Shown piece by piece: positions 27,297 through 42,130 of a stretch of DNA of 64,000 nt. The position numbers and the translations under genes are program-made. The first letter of the stretch is position 1. The number at the start of each line of letters is the position of its first letter. Source of the stretch: Laetmonice hystrix. Its lineage: Eukaryota. Below the pieces are notes generated by a model. That model saw only the letters and a program-made list of their open reading frames with translations. It was not told the DNA's origin and did no database searches. The stretch spans positions 9,548,001 to 9,612,000 of the forward strand of contig OZ249444.1 in assembly GCA_965235115.1 (NCBI GenBank). Direction: 5' to 3'.

Positions 27297-30200
27297 CGTT
27301 CTAGAGAAACAAACGTCTAATATACGGTCCGCGATCTGTGACGCAGCATTACAGGGTGCGGAACCTGTCGCCATGGCACATCTGACATGACCTTTTTATG
27401 GAGGCTTCATTATTACTGACACAGTATCCCGGGGGAGATAAAGTTTCCGCGCATACAAACAAGTCCATGTAAGCGAGGCTTGTAGGTGTGCCACACCGAT
27501 AACGCCTCTATTTATAGAACTCAGACACTAATTGTATTGCATGAGATGCCCACGAGCTAGTGCAATATACATAAATATATATACAGCTTGAGGCTATAAA
27601 AGTATTCTGAAGTGGGAATAAAACCCGATAGCTGTGGTAATGTTATCACAGCGACCACGTCTGTATGAATTTCTATCTATTTACCACGAGAAGAGCAACC
27701 AGAGCCCATAGCAACATAGATTCGTATCTTAATGCTTTCAAAATATTGCACTACAATTTTATATGTCACGAAGAGCTGCGGTCTATGTTGACAGAGATGT
27801 GCTGTGATTATATGATAAAATATTGATTGCCTGATCATTCAGTCACTGAGTTATTTGTCTCTGCCTCTAACCGTCCATCCAGTGATATTTGGAATCCGAG
27901 GGGTAGCTGTAAGCATTATCAAATATCCCAGGCCGATTCCCATGAGGGATATGTAACTCTACCAGACACAGGAATCGGGAATCTTTTTGATAAGTTGGAT
28001 ATCATCAAATACATTCACGACACCAACGCACTGGCAAGTCACATAAATCTACCTCCACATCTAGAAGATGATCAGTAAGCAGTCCATGTGTGTTATCAGT
28101 ATGGGAACCCCTGCCCCCCCCCCCAAAAAAAAGAAGTGCATTCCTGTTTGACAAATCATACCCCCGACCATGCCCGTCAGGTGGACTACTGCTGGCTGGC
28201 CACGGGGTTCCAAGAATCCCCTCCAGGGCCCGTGTCCTAGAAGTTTCACGTCACTGCCAGAGTTTGTTCTGCGCAATCTTATTGGCTAAACGGCAGGCGG
28301 TCCTCCAATCACAGATCTTGAGCGCAGCTTAAGTCAATTCTAAAAGTTCTAGTGTCGACCCCTAGAGAGTTGTCTGGCAGCTTGAGCAAATAGGTAGTGG
28401 GGGGTTGGGCGGTGGCTGGAATGGCCGAGGTCAGGGGGCACAAGTAGGGGCAGCATGTCAACAATGTTGTTGTTTTCCGAGTGGTTCATCCAATGTTGGG
28501 ATGACTCAGACGTACGCACTGTGACCTAATGACATAGTCAGGTAATACCTCACCAGTCCTCACCTCAGGTCACTGACTGTCCCACATTAATAATAAACCG
28601 CTCAGCCGACAGGCAGGATCCATCACTGACAATTCACTGGTTGACTGTGATGATTTTGTGAAGGAAACTTGTGGCTTCACTTTACTTCAATTCAAGCACT
28701 AGTTGCACCTGGACTCGTATCTTTGACCTGGTATCAAGGCTCCAAAGATAGAGACCCCCTTCACGGCAAGTCTGGCACCTTGTATTCATAAGAGCATGCT
28801 CGTAGATACCAACTCTTGGACTTTGGTCAGGTTAAATACCTGTACTGGTCGTGTACACAAGAAACGTGAGATTACTAGCTGATTGCCCGTGACCCACTAA
28901 AATAGGCAGACATGCCTCCTTAGCTTGTCGCGGCACGGATAGCGTGGCCTGAAGTTAAACCGGGAAGTTTGGGTCATAAAGTTGCGAGGGATACTTATAT
29001 GTCCTCATGTCCCCGCAATACAAAGGAATGACTCAGCTTTTGTCAGGAACCAGCGCTGATTATTACAACTCTTTCAACCGTAAGCGGTGAACATGATTCA
29101 GACTTGTACAGACTTTTCTGGTTCTGTCCTGGTCAGACTGTCCTTCAGTAAAAACCTGGAGTTCACTTTATATACTAGGTTTACCGGTTATGGCAGGGGA
29201 GTGACGGCCTTCAAAGAAGATTGGGGTTCTCTGTCCTTTACATAATCCTACCAGACATTTGCTTTCCATTGGACCTTTCAATTTGTACGCAGGTCCACGA
29301 TCCCTGCTTTTTGCCTGATTTTTTTTAGGCGTGGGTGTTTGGTAGAGAAAAAAAATATCAGTATGTGATTTGGCGGCGGAGGTTGAGTTGAGTCATCATA
29401 TTAGGGAGGGACTGGCAAAGCGCTGCTTACCAACTTGTTGCTTGTGTATACCAAGGCGGCCTTCCAGCGGCCCACCTACGCCGCCATCTTTGCTGAGTTT
29501 ACATAGTTTAATGTTAGCATAACGTTATAAAACCTGGTTAAACACAGAGGCCCACCCTCAGTCCGCCCCCACGTACAGACCGCCCCCCCCTCACTCCAGC
29601 CTGAGCCTCATAAAAGAGTTCTGAGAATGATTACTCGGAGGCGCCCTTCTAACTTCCCAGTTTCTGACAGTCGGCCGGTTGGATAGAGAAAAAACGAAGT
29701 TGGACGGATTCTTTTTTTAACTGGTTCATCCTCTTCTGGGCGTCGCTTGGCGGCTTTGTGGCGATGGCGTGGCAGCGGGTGAACTGTGGAGGGGAGGGGG
29801 GCGTGGAAGCCGGTTGGTTGACTGCGGCCGAGAACTTGTCAGATGTGAGCATCACTCAGGCCAGCTCTGCTACCCTTGTCAGCACGGCTAGATACCCCGT
29901 GGTCTAAACGCAAGTGTTCTGTCAACATGCCTGCCCCTCCGTCTGGAGGCGTCCAGGCCACAGCCGGTTGTCTCAGAAACTTCAGCTCAAGTCGCTGCTA
30001 TTCCTTTCGCTGTCCGGTTGGTTTTGAAATGTAACACTGTTGATAGGAACTCTCATAATCTGCCATGCACTTCCCATGTCAGACTGGGCATCTCAGACCT
30101 GTCAGGCCCTCACAGAGCTCGCCGCCCCAGCTGCCCCCACAGCCCCGTCAACAGCCGTGAAGCTTGACTTTACTTCTCAAGTCTATCTGAGAGAACTTTC

Positions 30201-33200
30201 TACTTGTAATCTTTTTGGCCTTTCCTGCAACACAATCTTCTCCTGCATTTTTTCTTGTAGTTGGAGGTGAAAATATTTGTGTTATACGACTTTGGGAACT
30301 ATAACAACAAACCCTTTTCTCATCATTTGAGTCCATATAGCCTTTCCAGTTTTTCCTACGATTTGGCTCCTGATGTTTTTTCTTCTTCTTCTTCTTATCC
30401 CCCCCCCCCCCCGCCCCCGCCACAGACGCGTCTCGGCTGTCTGCGCTGATGACATTACCGCCGGTAGCCACGTGGCTTCTGGAACCGCCGCACCGGGGCG
30501 CCACTGCCCAGGCACCACTGTGGCCTGCCTGGCTCAATTCTTGGCACTGCCCTGTAGCATATTAGGTGACAAGTCCCCAGAACAAAGGACTGTGAGATGA
30601 AAATAATCTGGCTAGGAAGTGTGGCACGTTTTGTGAGGGTGGTTCTGGTGTCGCCAACACGCCCTGAAAACATCTCTGACCGACAGTGTCTAATCTGGCC
30701 TAGAGATGGCGCTGTCGGCAGCCATTAGCCGACCATGAAGTCGTCACCCTCCACGCCGCACTGGCACTGCAGACCGAAATATACGATTCCGTCCCACTAA
30801 AACTGAAGTACAGACCCATGCCCTATCTCAGCCTCTCGTCTAATACACCTAGAACGCAGCTGCTCTGATTATCTGTACTCTTATCTGATTGGTTACATTT
30901 TATCTAGCCTGCCATCTGCTCAGTTGAATTGCTTCTTGGATCTAGGGCACCTTATCAAGGAATTGCCTTGTCCATCTCGTCCCCCGTCTTTGTTCGAAGC
31001 TTTGATCATACCAGTATTATACAGGAAATCTCTTTAATGTAAGTGGCACAATCTAAAGACTTGGTCTGCTCACGGTTGTTAGATTAGAAAATCCTATTTG
31101 GCCTTTCCGCCACTTCAATAGCACCTAGAATTTGTTAATTCAAATTTGTCCGCATTGAGCGTCATAATTAATTAACACGATCACGTTGATCCGTGTATGT
31201 ATTGAGTGTTGGTTTTCCTGTCCAATATTAGGTGTGAGAACCAATCGAAGACGGGTTGGGTAAAATGTCTGCCGTCCGGAGTTTGAACATCCTGACTTCA
31301 CGTCCTGGCCACCACCGACCGACCTCTCAACATTTTATGATGTCACTGTAACACAAACCGGACATTCCTGTGTTTAACTTTCTCATCCGCCTTACAATCC
31401 CTCTTTCAGCGGGTCTTCCTGAAATCGGATCCATGTTTACCCTATCATATTTAAAGGTTACTGTTACACGCTGTGCAAAGTCCTTGTCCCATTCCAAGCC
31501 ATCCTCCCCAGCCAAAATTCCCGCCTTTTGGTCCGTCAAGACTTAACAGTAGCTTTGTCTCGATTCAATGTCTCTGTCACCGAGTTTTTGTTGTGCGATT
31601 AGTTTTTACATGAAGTCAAAGGGACAGTAATTAGAAGTTGTTCATGTGTTATCACAAATACTACATTTTTTCCAAGCCTATTTCAGATTTCCACGCCACA
31701 TGATATTTTCTGCTCAGTGGATAATGGCAATGAAATTACATAATTTCGTAGTTCATGGCACACTCTGATCTAGAAAATAACCTGGGTTGTGACAAAAGTT
31801 TTGGAAATGACTATTCATCATAAATGCCACATTTGTTCAGTAAACAGACCATGTGATGTTAATGGACTGCACACTGAGCGAGCACTCCACGCTGCACTGA
31901 TCCACATGCGGTCAAATTGAAAATTACATCAAGATTCTGCAGTCGTTTTTATTTGACTTAACTCGTATAAGTAAACCTACACTACTAATCAGCATTAGAC
32001 AGCGCTGAAGACTGTATTCCACTGTGAGAGAGACCTCTCGCTCTTCTGTCCCAACTCGAAACAGGACCGACTCTGGACCAATGCCAGGCTGCAGCGGTTC
32101 GTCTGGAATCCCTCTGAGTGCTATATTGTTATGCTACAGCATACAACAGCCTGATTGACTGTGAATTCCCAGTTTGTGCCCCGTCTCAGCAAACTCATGT
32201 CCCAGCATAAATATTTGCAGACGAGCTCTCTCCTCGGCGGCAGAGATGGCCACTACCTCCATTACTTCAGAGGCCGTCATATGGTTAACCCTTTGGACGT
32301 TTAACATCAACCTCCTAATAAAATGATGTGGGATACAGGAGTTTTCTCACACCGTCACACGTTTCGTCACATCCTGGTGTCAGACAAGTGTCTATTGTGT
32401 CACCACTCCCCTTGAACGTGGGTGTAGACATGGGTGGAATCGTATGGAACACCCCACTATCAGGCCCCGATCGGGACCTTCTACTTCAATGCAAGATTAT
32501 GGACCATTTATACTAACCTTCTTTGAAACACTGAATCCCACTTACTACACTGACTACAAGAAACAAAGATCTGCACATTATAGATCACTCTCGGAGTAAA
32601 CGCTTCGGAAACACAATAGACGTTTGTGTAAAATCTCCGCTCACCCATCATTTTTTTTAAAACCTTTCCTTGAGGAAGAGTTGGGCGAGCTGAGCATGCG
32701 CTACCACTGTTCCCGCGGTACACGGTATCACCAACCGGAAGTCTACTGCCAACGTACCACACTCCGAAATTCTCGGGAGGAAAGCCTTCCCTGGCACCGT
32801 CACAAACACAAATGTGCACTTAAGGGAGTCTTACGGCGGCAAGCTTACATAAAGTAACACGAGCTCAGGGTATATGAAGGCTGTAGAAATGCGGACAGAA
32901 CAGGAACGGGGTCTGAAAGAACCACTCACTCCTAACCTTGCGGCCATGCAATTAACATTAAATAGCAATTAGTGCTTAAAACCCATATCGTGTAGGACTT
33001 CGATCAATTTTTCCATGAGCTGATGACTAAATAGTAAGGACTGTTGGCAAGTCGGCTCACAAGGCTTTCTCCCCTTCCGCACAAAACTGGAGGCAAAGTT
33101 CAAATTTGTGACAAGGAGAGGCTGGAGAATGAGAACGACTTTTGAGAGCAGATACAGGACATGAAACAACCAATGAACTTCGGAACTCTGCCATCGACTT

Positions 33201-36200
33201 CCTGACATGATAAACATGTTTTCTTTTAGATAGGAAGACACATCTTCAGGATGTCCTCGGTCGGTGTTCCAGTCAACACCAATAAGTGATCACAAGCTAG
33301 AGAATTTCCTTTTGAAGAAACAGCAGAAACCCTTTAAGATCAATGCAGAACTGCTGGTGCTCTGGTTTTTGACGATTTAAGCCAAACAGCTTGTACGACG
33401 TCTAGTCTGAGATTAATATTTATTTATGAAACTGAAGATTAATTTGCAGATTATGAGGGAAGTGGTCGCATGTATGGCAGTATCTAACGGCATAGTTAGC
33501 AAACTTAGATATACGTAATTCTGTGTTAAAAACGAAGCACAGTAAATCTTCTAGGCCTAGAGGTAACCTGATCATCTTACAAGTTTCTGTAGGCTGCGTT
33601 ACTGCAATCTAGTATAACCTAACTACTGCATTTACAATAAATAACATGCTCTACTGTTAATCACAGGCAGATATTTTCTTAATTAGGATTTCCAAATTGC
33701 TTTGAATTAAAAGATATTAGGGAGTTAGTTATATCTAGGGAGGCTTTTAATTCGAAACACTCTCTTTGCGAGACACGAGACGGTTTTCTCGTCAGAGCTC
33801 CTCAGACTCTGCTAATGCCTACTCCTTCAGCACTTGCCGATAATGTCGAGACAATTAAACAATACTGCAATGAATGCCACCAACTCTGAAATGTCACGGC
33901 GGGCCGATGTTGTCCATCGGTCGGACCCCATGGAAACTCTGAATATATTCTGTCTCATGACAGATCCACATAGGATGACAAGGCCGTTACCGTTCACACC
34001 CACAGTGCAGTAAAGATTTTACCCATTGTCGCCCGTACTCGGCCCAGATCCTCGGCTCAAGGCCCCCATCACCATGAGGGTTGTATCAACTGACATTTAA
34101 AGTGGTTAGCGCAGCAATCAGGAGGCCTCCTTGAGCCGGACTGGTTGGGAGTGTGTCATTGTGCTCGCCCGCATCATGACATAATAACACCCCGCAGCAT
34201 ACTCTCATCGCTGGATTACCACGCCAGGGTCGGTGATTAGGGTCTGCTGGTACCTTTCTATAGATGATCGTACCCGAGTCATCATCAAATAATCACTTAA
34301 TCCCTGGCTGTCCTGGGCTTTCCAACCCTCCCAGGCCGCAACGGTAGAATCTTCAACGGGAACGGGTTGAAATATGAAATATGGAGCGAAGGGTCTTTCT
34401 AACCGATGGCTGAAACCGATGTGATGAGTACTCTTAACTGCACCTGATCCCGAAACGGTTGTAATTTGAAGAACGGAACCCACCCTATATGCTTCTGGGA
34501 ATCTTGACCTCGGCTCAGGTTAACCTTTAATGAAATTACTTGCGAACATTCACAACTGCTCCCTTTGCTGGTATTATATCTGACAATTGTATGATTATCT
34601 CTAATCGTAATCCATTCCGCTTCAAGGCTACATAATCGTCAAACAACTGTATTAAATGAATGAATTTATTTATCTATTTCTCTGTTAAATTCCAATCGAC
34701 TTTTACTTACAGCTCTACAGACGGAAAGGATAGCTGGTAATATTCACATTCTAAGCCAATGGTCGACTTTCCAAAACCTATTAGACTCCATGTAGTTTTA
34801 GCGAGCCATTAATTTTCCCCCTTTTCTTCCTCAAGGCTCTCCTTTTTTTTGTTCTTGCGCTTCAAGCAACAACTTTTTATGGACAACAGAAACTGTAGAC
34901 TGCTGCTAGACTTCTATCAGTTAACAACTTCTTGTGTTTCTTGTCTGCTTTTTATCCCTTATCGGAACATTCCGATTTTTGGTTACATTTTCCTTGGATC
35001 TGATGACAACTCGGGAGTCGTTTGACCTACTCAATGTGGTTCCGTCACAACCCTAGCCCCCTCCCCCACCGGCCAGCCTTCACCCCACCCTCAAGTCATC
35101 ACCCTGCCTACCGTCCTCTCTCACCCTGATTCTCATATCTTTTCTCCAGGGTCTTGTTTGCCAGCTGTTTAGCATTCTTTTCCCACTTTCCCTGGCTTCC
35201 TGAAATTGATCTCCAGCAGTTGCCTTATCTTTTTTTCCGAAGAGAGAGACACACAGAATGAAAAAGCGCGAGTTGTTTTTAGAAGCAGGCACTTTTTTGA
35301 GACAGAAACTTGGGGCCGAGGGAACTTCAAAGACGATCTTCGAAGACTGTTGCCGTCCAGAAACTATTTGGCCCAAATATTCCTACGTGGAGTTAGCATT
35401 TTGTAAGATAATCCCGCATCCCTTCACGCAATGCTTGCCATATTCAGGCTGGCTGGGCAGACACAGAGGAACAGGTCGGGTTTCCGCTCAGTCTCTCAGT
35501 GAACCATAACTACGGTCTGTGGAGCTTCTCGTTCCTCAATACGAGACCGTCCTGTCATGACATACGACAATCTGACATCTTTCCAACCTCAGGGCATGGG
35601 GCTCATTTTTCATCTTTTTAACCCTATACAGCTGCAACTCACTCAGGGGGCGGTAATAGGTACGCAACACATGTACGGAAGTTACGTGCAGATAAAAAGT
35701 TATACCACGGATGGATGGGAGGATGGGGAGAAGCAGTTGTGGTTTACTCTGAAAAATTGCCTTTGTTTGAATCAAGTAGACAGACAGCCAACCACATGGT
35801 GTGCCACGCTGCCCCTATCTTGGGCTATATCCGTCATTTCTAATGGTTTTACTTAGCTGTCAACCAGTAGGTCAGGTAATGAGAGACAACTTCAGGTGGA
35901 AACGTTTCTGTTTCACACCTTGGACAGCTTCACAATATATTGCATGAATCCATGAAATTTGTAAGGTTAAAAGTGGCGGCTGAGGCCGAATCAACATTAT
36001 GGGGTTGCTCAATCTTTTATCATCCGATGCGTTATACAAAAGGCAGTTATCCTATCTTTGACATATGGCTGCGTGCTTCTGCAGTGCATACCATTGGACT
36101 TTTTCCTATTTCTGTCACATGACGCGATTTGCTTTAACTGCCTAGTGACAGAACCTGTTAAATTCTCCCGACACCTTCTTGATGGTGAAGCTGAACGAAA

Positions 36201-39200
36201 GACAATCTATTCGCGTAGTCTGCAGCACGCAGCTTTAGACACCCACTCCGAGTTGGATGGTGGCGGCCGTTCTAATAATATTCACCCAAGGCAGGTATTT
36301 CCGCCGACAAAAGGATCGGATGACCCCAGCCTGCACAATGTTAATCGACATCATTAACGGTTAGGGCTTGTCACTTTCCGCCATCTTTTTGCTAACAGCC
36401 TTGGTTGGCGTTGGATGGGCGCGCCGGGGACGTCTCATCTGTATTCTGGGACCGTTTCCTGGGAAACTCTATTTGCGCGCGAAACGTCTCTCTGCAAACA
36501 CCTATTCCGCTGGGCAAACGAAGGCGTTCTGCTAGTCATTACGTACGAATACGTCGTTGGCGTTTTCAACCAGGCAGTCTGTGTGGCTAGAACACAGGCG
36601 TGTCGCTGCCTGGGCCAACTCCATGTCAGAAACTGTAAGGTCAACGGCGGCCATTCCTCACGTTTATGGTGACCGTGGCACGGCCACTATTTTACCATCA
36701 AACATTCGCACTGCTGTCTCAAAATCAACCGGTCTAATCAACTGTCTGTCCCGGCAAACACACCAGCAAACATCCCTTCTACCTCCTCGCTCGGCTTTAT
36801 TTGTCTGGTCATACTCTATTGCTTTTTCCAACAAGTACTACTATTTTATCATGTCCTACCAAAGTAAATACTCTGATATAAATGTCCAGATTAATAAGTC
36901 ATTAGTGTGTCTGATCAGACGTACGAATATCGCTGTCTCCTGAGGACTAAAGTCGGATCATTTTCGTCCTTCCTTGCGACACAAAGTTTCAAATCCACAT
37001 CCACAGAATTTCAGTATTATTTCAAATGGAAACTCCCAGCATGGTGATCATGTTTCAAAGCTGGAATTCCTCACTCAATACCTGGGTCCGAAGGCAGGGG
37101 TTCTTTTGTCGGATCTATACTATCCGCGCAAGGAACAAAGTGTGCATCGGGCCTGGATGACATCAAATGAACATCTGAAATTCAGTCAGCCAGGCCGACT
37201 GTTGAAACAGAACTCATTTCAGATTCCGACCCGTATCTTACAAACACGTCCCCCAGACAATCAGACAACATGGTTGGAGGGTGAACAGGTTGGTTCCCCC
37301 CACCCCCCCCCCCCTCCCCGTCCTACCCGTCACCGACAACCCTCGTTTCGCAGCCAATAACCTGGCGTCAATTCCTGTTCGCTCCTTATTGATCGCTGAT
37401 CGCCAGCTGCCAGACAAGGGTGCTAGACCTTGAGTCTGTACGCCCAGCCTCTTGGGCACGTTATTAAATATAAATCAGAGGCTCCAGTCGTTTTTTCTCA
37501 CCATTCCCTTGACCCCATCACCGTGGCCCCCTGTGCATCCAATCCCAGGGGATCATCAAAGATTTGATAGACCCATCAAGGCCACCTCGTGTGGAGACAT
37601 CAATGGAGAGACAAAATGTCAGGAGGGAGAAAAATTTTGTGGCTTCTTCTCCCATATCTACGGAGTCACAAATCTATTTCCCAGTCGTGACAAAGAAGTC
37701 TAGCTTTTTTCCTTCCTCAATTTTGGATTATTCAACTAGAAGGGGTTAAAAAACAGAATCATATTTTGCCACGGCTGATGTGCAGACTGTTATTTTGCTG
37801 ATGACTCATGACATTTTGTGAATCACACATGTTAGTTGCTCATTTCGAGTTGTCATATACAAAGGGTGTTTGTCACAAAAATGTTTCAATTATTAAATCT
37901 GGAATCAGTTATCACATTTCGAATCGGGAATAACACAATTTTATTGATTAGTGAAAGAATTTTTTTATTCGACACATCAGAGATATCTACGGGGCCATGC
38001 TTGCCGTTCGACAATATCATACCAAATTGCCACTTCCTTCGGTTGAGGAAAATATCATGATTACACTGCTGTGGTCGCAATACACCAGTATCCTACCGGT
38101 AAGATGCGAGGTACAAGAACTAGTGTTCAAGGCATGTCCAAGGTATTGCTCAGAGAAAGACCAAGATCGACTAGACCTGATATTGTGCTATAGATACACT
38201 TCTCTTCGGAACTGTCAATTTGTGTTGCCTCCCCAGGACTGGGACGCGCCGCCTGACTCTTCCTGTTATGCCCATTACACCAAACTAGGTCTCACCCCCT
38301 ACAAATCATTGATGCCTTGGCCTCTTCTCCTTCACAGCTGTGGTCCCAATACAGGAAACGTAAAACTGAGCCTTGGAACAAACAGGAGGCAGCATCTCAA
38401 GACGAGGCAGCTCCAGCCGGGCCCTCGCTGATGGACATGTTGACTCAAAGTGTCTTGCCATTAATTTTGCAGCTGACTGGGACAAACCTGTACAGCTCAG
38501 CCAGTGGAAGCGTTGTGAGTTCTTCACTCCAGTTTGCTGCCAGTGTTGAAGCGGTTGTGCTGACTGTACGCACAGCTGTGCTAACACAAATCATCCAATC
38601 GCCCTCGTACAATTTCCACTCCACTTTTGCCACTAAAACAGGTACTTTTAAAGAATACCCGACTTATGCCGTAACAACACAGGGAGTAAGTATTCTCCAG
38701 TCTTTTATCTGAACTTGGTCGAACATGACTAATCAATGGCGCACGTTTCATTAACAAATTCAATCCTGACTAAAACTCCATGCAGCCCGGCCACCACTGT
38801 CTTGGGAGTCTAGGATTCTGGACTTTATCCTCTGAACACTCCGACTGAAAGCTTGGGGAATCCCCATCATCAAACAGGGTGGGGGCGCTCACGGATTAAT
38901 GATGTCAGCGTGTCATTATTTACTGCCTTCTCTCCATTCCAATAAGCCGCGAGGGTTCATACGAATGAGGTCAGACGATAGCCATTGGGGCCGGGGTGAC
39001 GGTGTGGGCGGAAGGTTGGTTAGACCTTCCAGAAAGACATAACTCACTCCACCCCATCAGTTCCACTAACCGTCATCAAGACCATTTCTGATGTTTCCAA
39101 TGTTACTTTTTCTTCATAAAGAATACGGCAGTTCCTGCCGCTGCTGCTCAACACATGGTATCGTTTAAATCAGTAAAAAGTAACTGCATAATTAATGTGT

Positions 39201-40717
39201 GCATTTGTGTTTGGTAGGATGGCTGCAGAGTGTTTACTCAGCCTCAGCATAATCATTGCCAGAGCCGCAATAAGCTAGTTTTTTTTCGGGCAGAGCCCCC
39301 CCCCCCTCCTTCTCCTCAGAAATATTTGTCCCATGAGGTATAGCCATCATGTTTTATATTCATATCTGCTTTGTGTACGTTAAGGCGAAGCGGAAAAGAT
39401 AATCTAGATCTTGTTCATCTGCGTATACGAAAACCACATCTTGTGGTTTATCACCCGTCGCCTGCCTCCTATCTACCCCTCAGGGAACCACTCACAATGC
39501 AAACACCCTTGGTTTACGACCAAATTAATAAGTCGATCAAGATTTCTAATGGTCCCACCCTCCTTCAAGCCTCTAGACGGAGGCTGGGGGGGGGGGGGGG
39601 GCTCCTTGTTCCCATGGCAACGCCAGAAACATATTGCACATGAAGTGCTCCCCAAACATTAAAAATAATACAGCTGATTCGATAACAATAGCGCATCTTT
39701 CGACCTGCTGGTTTCTGCTGGCCGGGCAGCCGCCCGCCGTCCTGGGGGATGTCAATGGAGTTGCAGGGACGGTTTGTTTACTCACTGCCTGCCCACTTTA
39801 TCTGGCCAACAAAGCCTAGCTCACGACATGGCGGAAAGGACACGAGTTGCTTTTTATGCTTCGGTTATTTCCACGCCGGTGACGGCCAGCCTGCCTAATG
39901 GACCTTGTCTAGACGCGGCCTGATATGAATCATGGAAATTATGCCACCACATTTTGGACCAATCATCGGTAGTCACCTGTCCCGCCTGACTCACCCCCCC
40001 CCCCCCAATATACTGATCTTACCACTAGTCTACAGCTATCACTTGAAGCATGAAGTGTCTTACCAAGACAGTTTCTGTTATAAAACTTAATTACTTTTTT
40101 ATTTTACAAAAGTCACGAGACGCTCTTTAGATGAGACTCTCTTATCCATCACATTTACAAAGTCAGATAATTCCGAGCACATCCCCTGCACGTAGAGTTA
40201 AATGCAGATACATAAAATCAATTACGCACACACATTCTAATTACCATGTTTCACACTGTTTAATCAAATGCTCATAAAATAAAGACCGGAATAAAAGAAC
40301 TTGTAGGTGTTTGTCATGTGCTTACTGTCCTATAACGACCAGTATCTCATCCAAATATCAATATCTCACAGTGTAAGAATCAATACTTTCCCTCCTCTAT
40401 CATTTTCAAGTGATCTCCCTATCCTGACAGGATATGAATCAAGCCTTTCTTTTTAATTACCGTGGCCTAAATTACCAGCAATACAATTCCCATGTCTGGT
40501 CCCCTGGGTCATGTGATTTTGTAGTAGGCTGTTGGTATGCGGCCAGGCAAGGCTGGCACATTCAAGCTTTGCTGCACTGGTGTACTAGCAAAAAGTTCAC
40601 CCAGTACCACAGGCACTGGGCATGAGCCGCCCACTTGGAAACACCTAATTAAATAATTGAATAATCTTTAATGACTCAAGCGAGGGATATAGCAGGATGG
40701 ACGTGTGGAGGTTTTCT

Positions 40718-40740
40718 CTGTCTGTCTGTCTGTCTGTCTG
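40718..40740. repeat. (TCTG)n microsatellite, about 5 copies
   Basis: tctgtctgtctgtctgtctgtctg read directly. Confidence 0.85.
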
Positions 40741-41849
40741 GGTGGGTGGCTGTGAGAAGGAGGCGATACTCCCCGACCTGGTGACTAGACCTGAGGTCCG
40801 AGCCTACCAGTCGTACGACCCCCACCCACCCTAACTGTACCCCCACCCCCTCGCTCCCGCCGACTCACACACACAGACCAGCCAGTACGGTATCTAGTCT
40901 CCCCGGGATCTTCTCTCCTCAAGATGTTTGACGTACCACTGAATCATGTAAACGGGAGATGGAGATACCAGCCCACCTCCCCCCGCCATGCGCTATTCTC
41001 ATTTCTAGGAGATCGATTCGGGACCCGTGCCAGTTTAAGGATGGGTCACCGGCAATTTGGTAACAATTACCGCTGACGTATCACACAGAGTGGGTGTGGC
41101 CACATCGGTCACAGCCACCAAGTTTGACACAATGAGTCGGCATTTTCGGACACACCGACACACAGACAGACAGGCCGGTTGACTGCCTGGCGTTGTCAGC
41201 GCCCTCTCCCGGGCTGGTAATCATGTTATGTTTAGAATAAAATGACCAGGCCTCATGAGAGGTCTCATTTCAAAGTCCTGATCGATTTGTCCCTATGTTA
41301 TACAGGCGGCGGTCAAAATAGAAATTGGTTGCAGATGTGCGCTTATCTGGCCGTAATTGATTTCCATGGGCATGCTATCCGTCTGCCCTTAGAGCTCGGG
41401 CCGTGCACCCATGGGGCGAAACTCGACGGCCAGCCGGTATATGTACACTCAATCCTATGTCGGCTCCAGGGAAATGGCACACTTGTCTGTACAAAACAGC
41501 AACAGTGAACAATCAACCTAGTTATACCATCCACTATTGGAAAACGTGTATAGGAAAAACCTTCTGTCTGTGAAGTCCATATAGGCCAACCCTCTAGCAC
41601 ACGTTGATCATGGCTTGGACAATGTATGACATCCCGCGGCATTCTGTGTGTGAGACAGACGTGGCACGGTTCGATTGAACACCACAAACTGCTCGTCACA
41701 ATGTGTCACTGACGTGTTCGATTTGTGCAAGGTTTTCCCGGAATGATGGCCACACAGGAATGTGCCCAATGAAACGGCAATAAACGAAAAAGAAATTAGC
41801 GAATCATTGTCTTTAAAAATGTCAACCAATTATTGCACTGCTCTATTTA

Positions 41850-42130
41850 ACCGCCCATGTGTTATTTTCTTTCATAAACCATAAAATACCATAAAATAAA
41901 AGCTGAGCCCAAAGGGGAATTCTCACGATTAATATATTTTTCCACCGAGGTACTAACTGTTTCATCAAGAACTGTCCCTGAGCAGAATAAGTCTTTATTT
42001 CATTCTCTGACCATATCAGCAGGCAACAGTTAGCACTTGACAGATTATTGATGGAGACAGTGTTGACACACAGACAGTAACCGCCATCTGTCTTACTATT
42101 TGCCCTGCCACCTAGCACCAACTCGCCGCA
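41850..42130 (-). mobile_element. Decayed Ty3/Gypsy reverse transcriptase fragment
   Basis: ORF 41843-42121 contains KTDGGYCLCVNTVSINN (cf. K.DG.YR.CVDYRKLN) and LVPRWK..IVRIPL (cf. F.TP.G...RMPFG). Confidence 0.4.

Noticed and set aside
32969-33241. SHQLMEKLIEVLHDMGF resembling a DNA-transposon motif
   Set aside because: A single loose motif with no supporting neighbours or terminal repeats.
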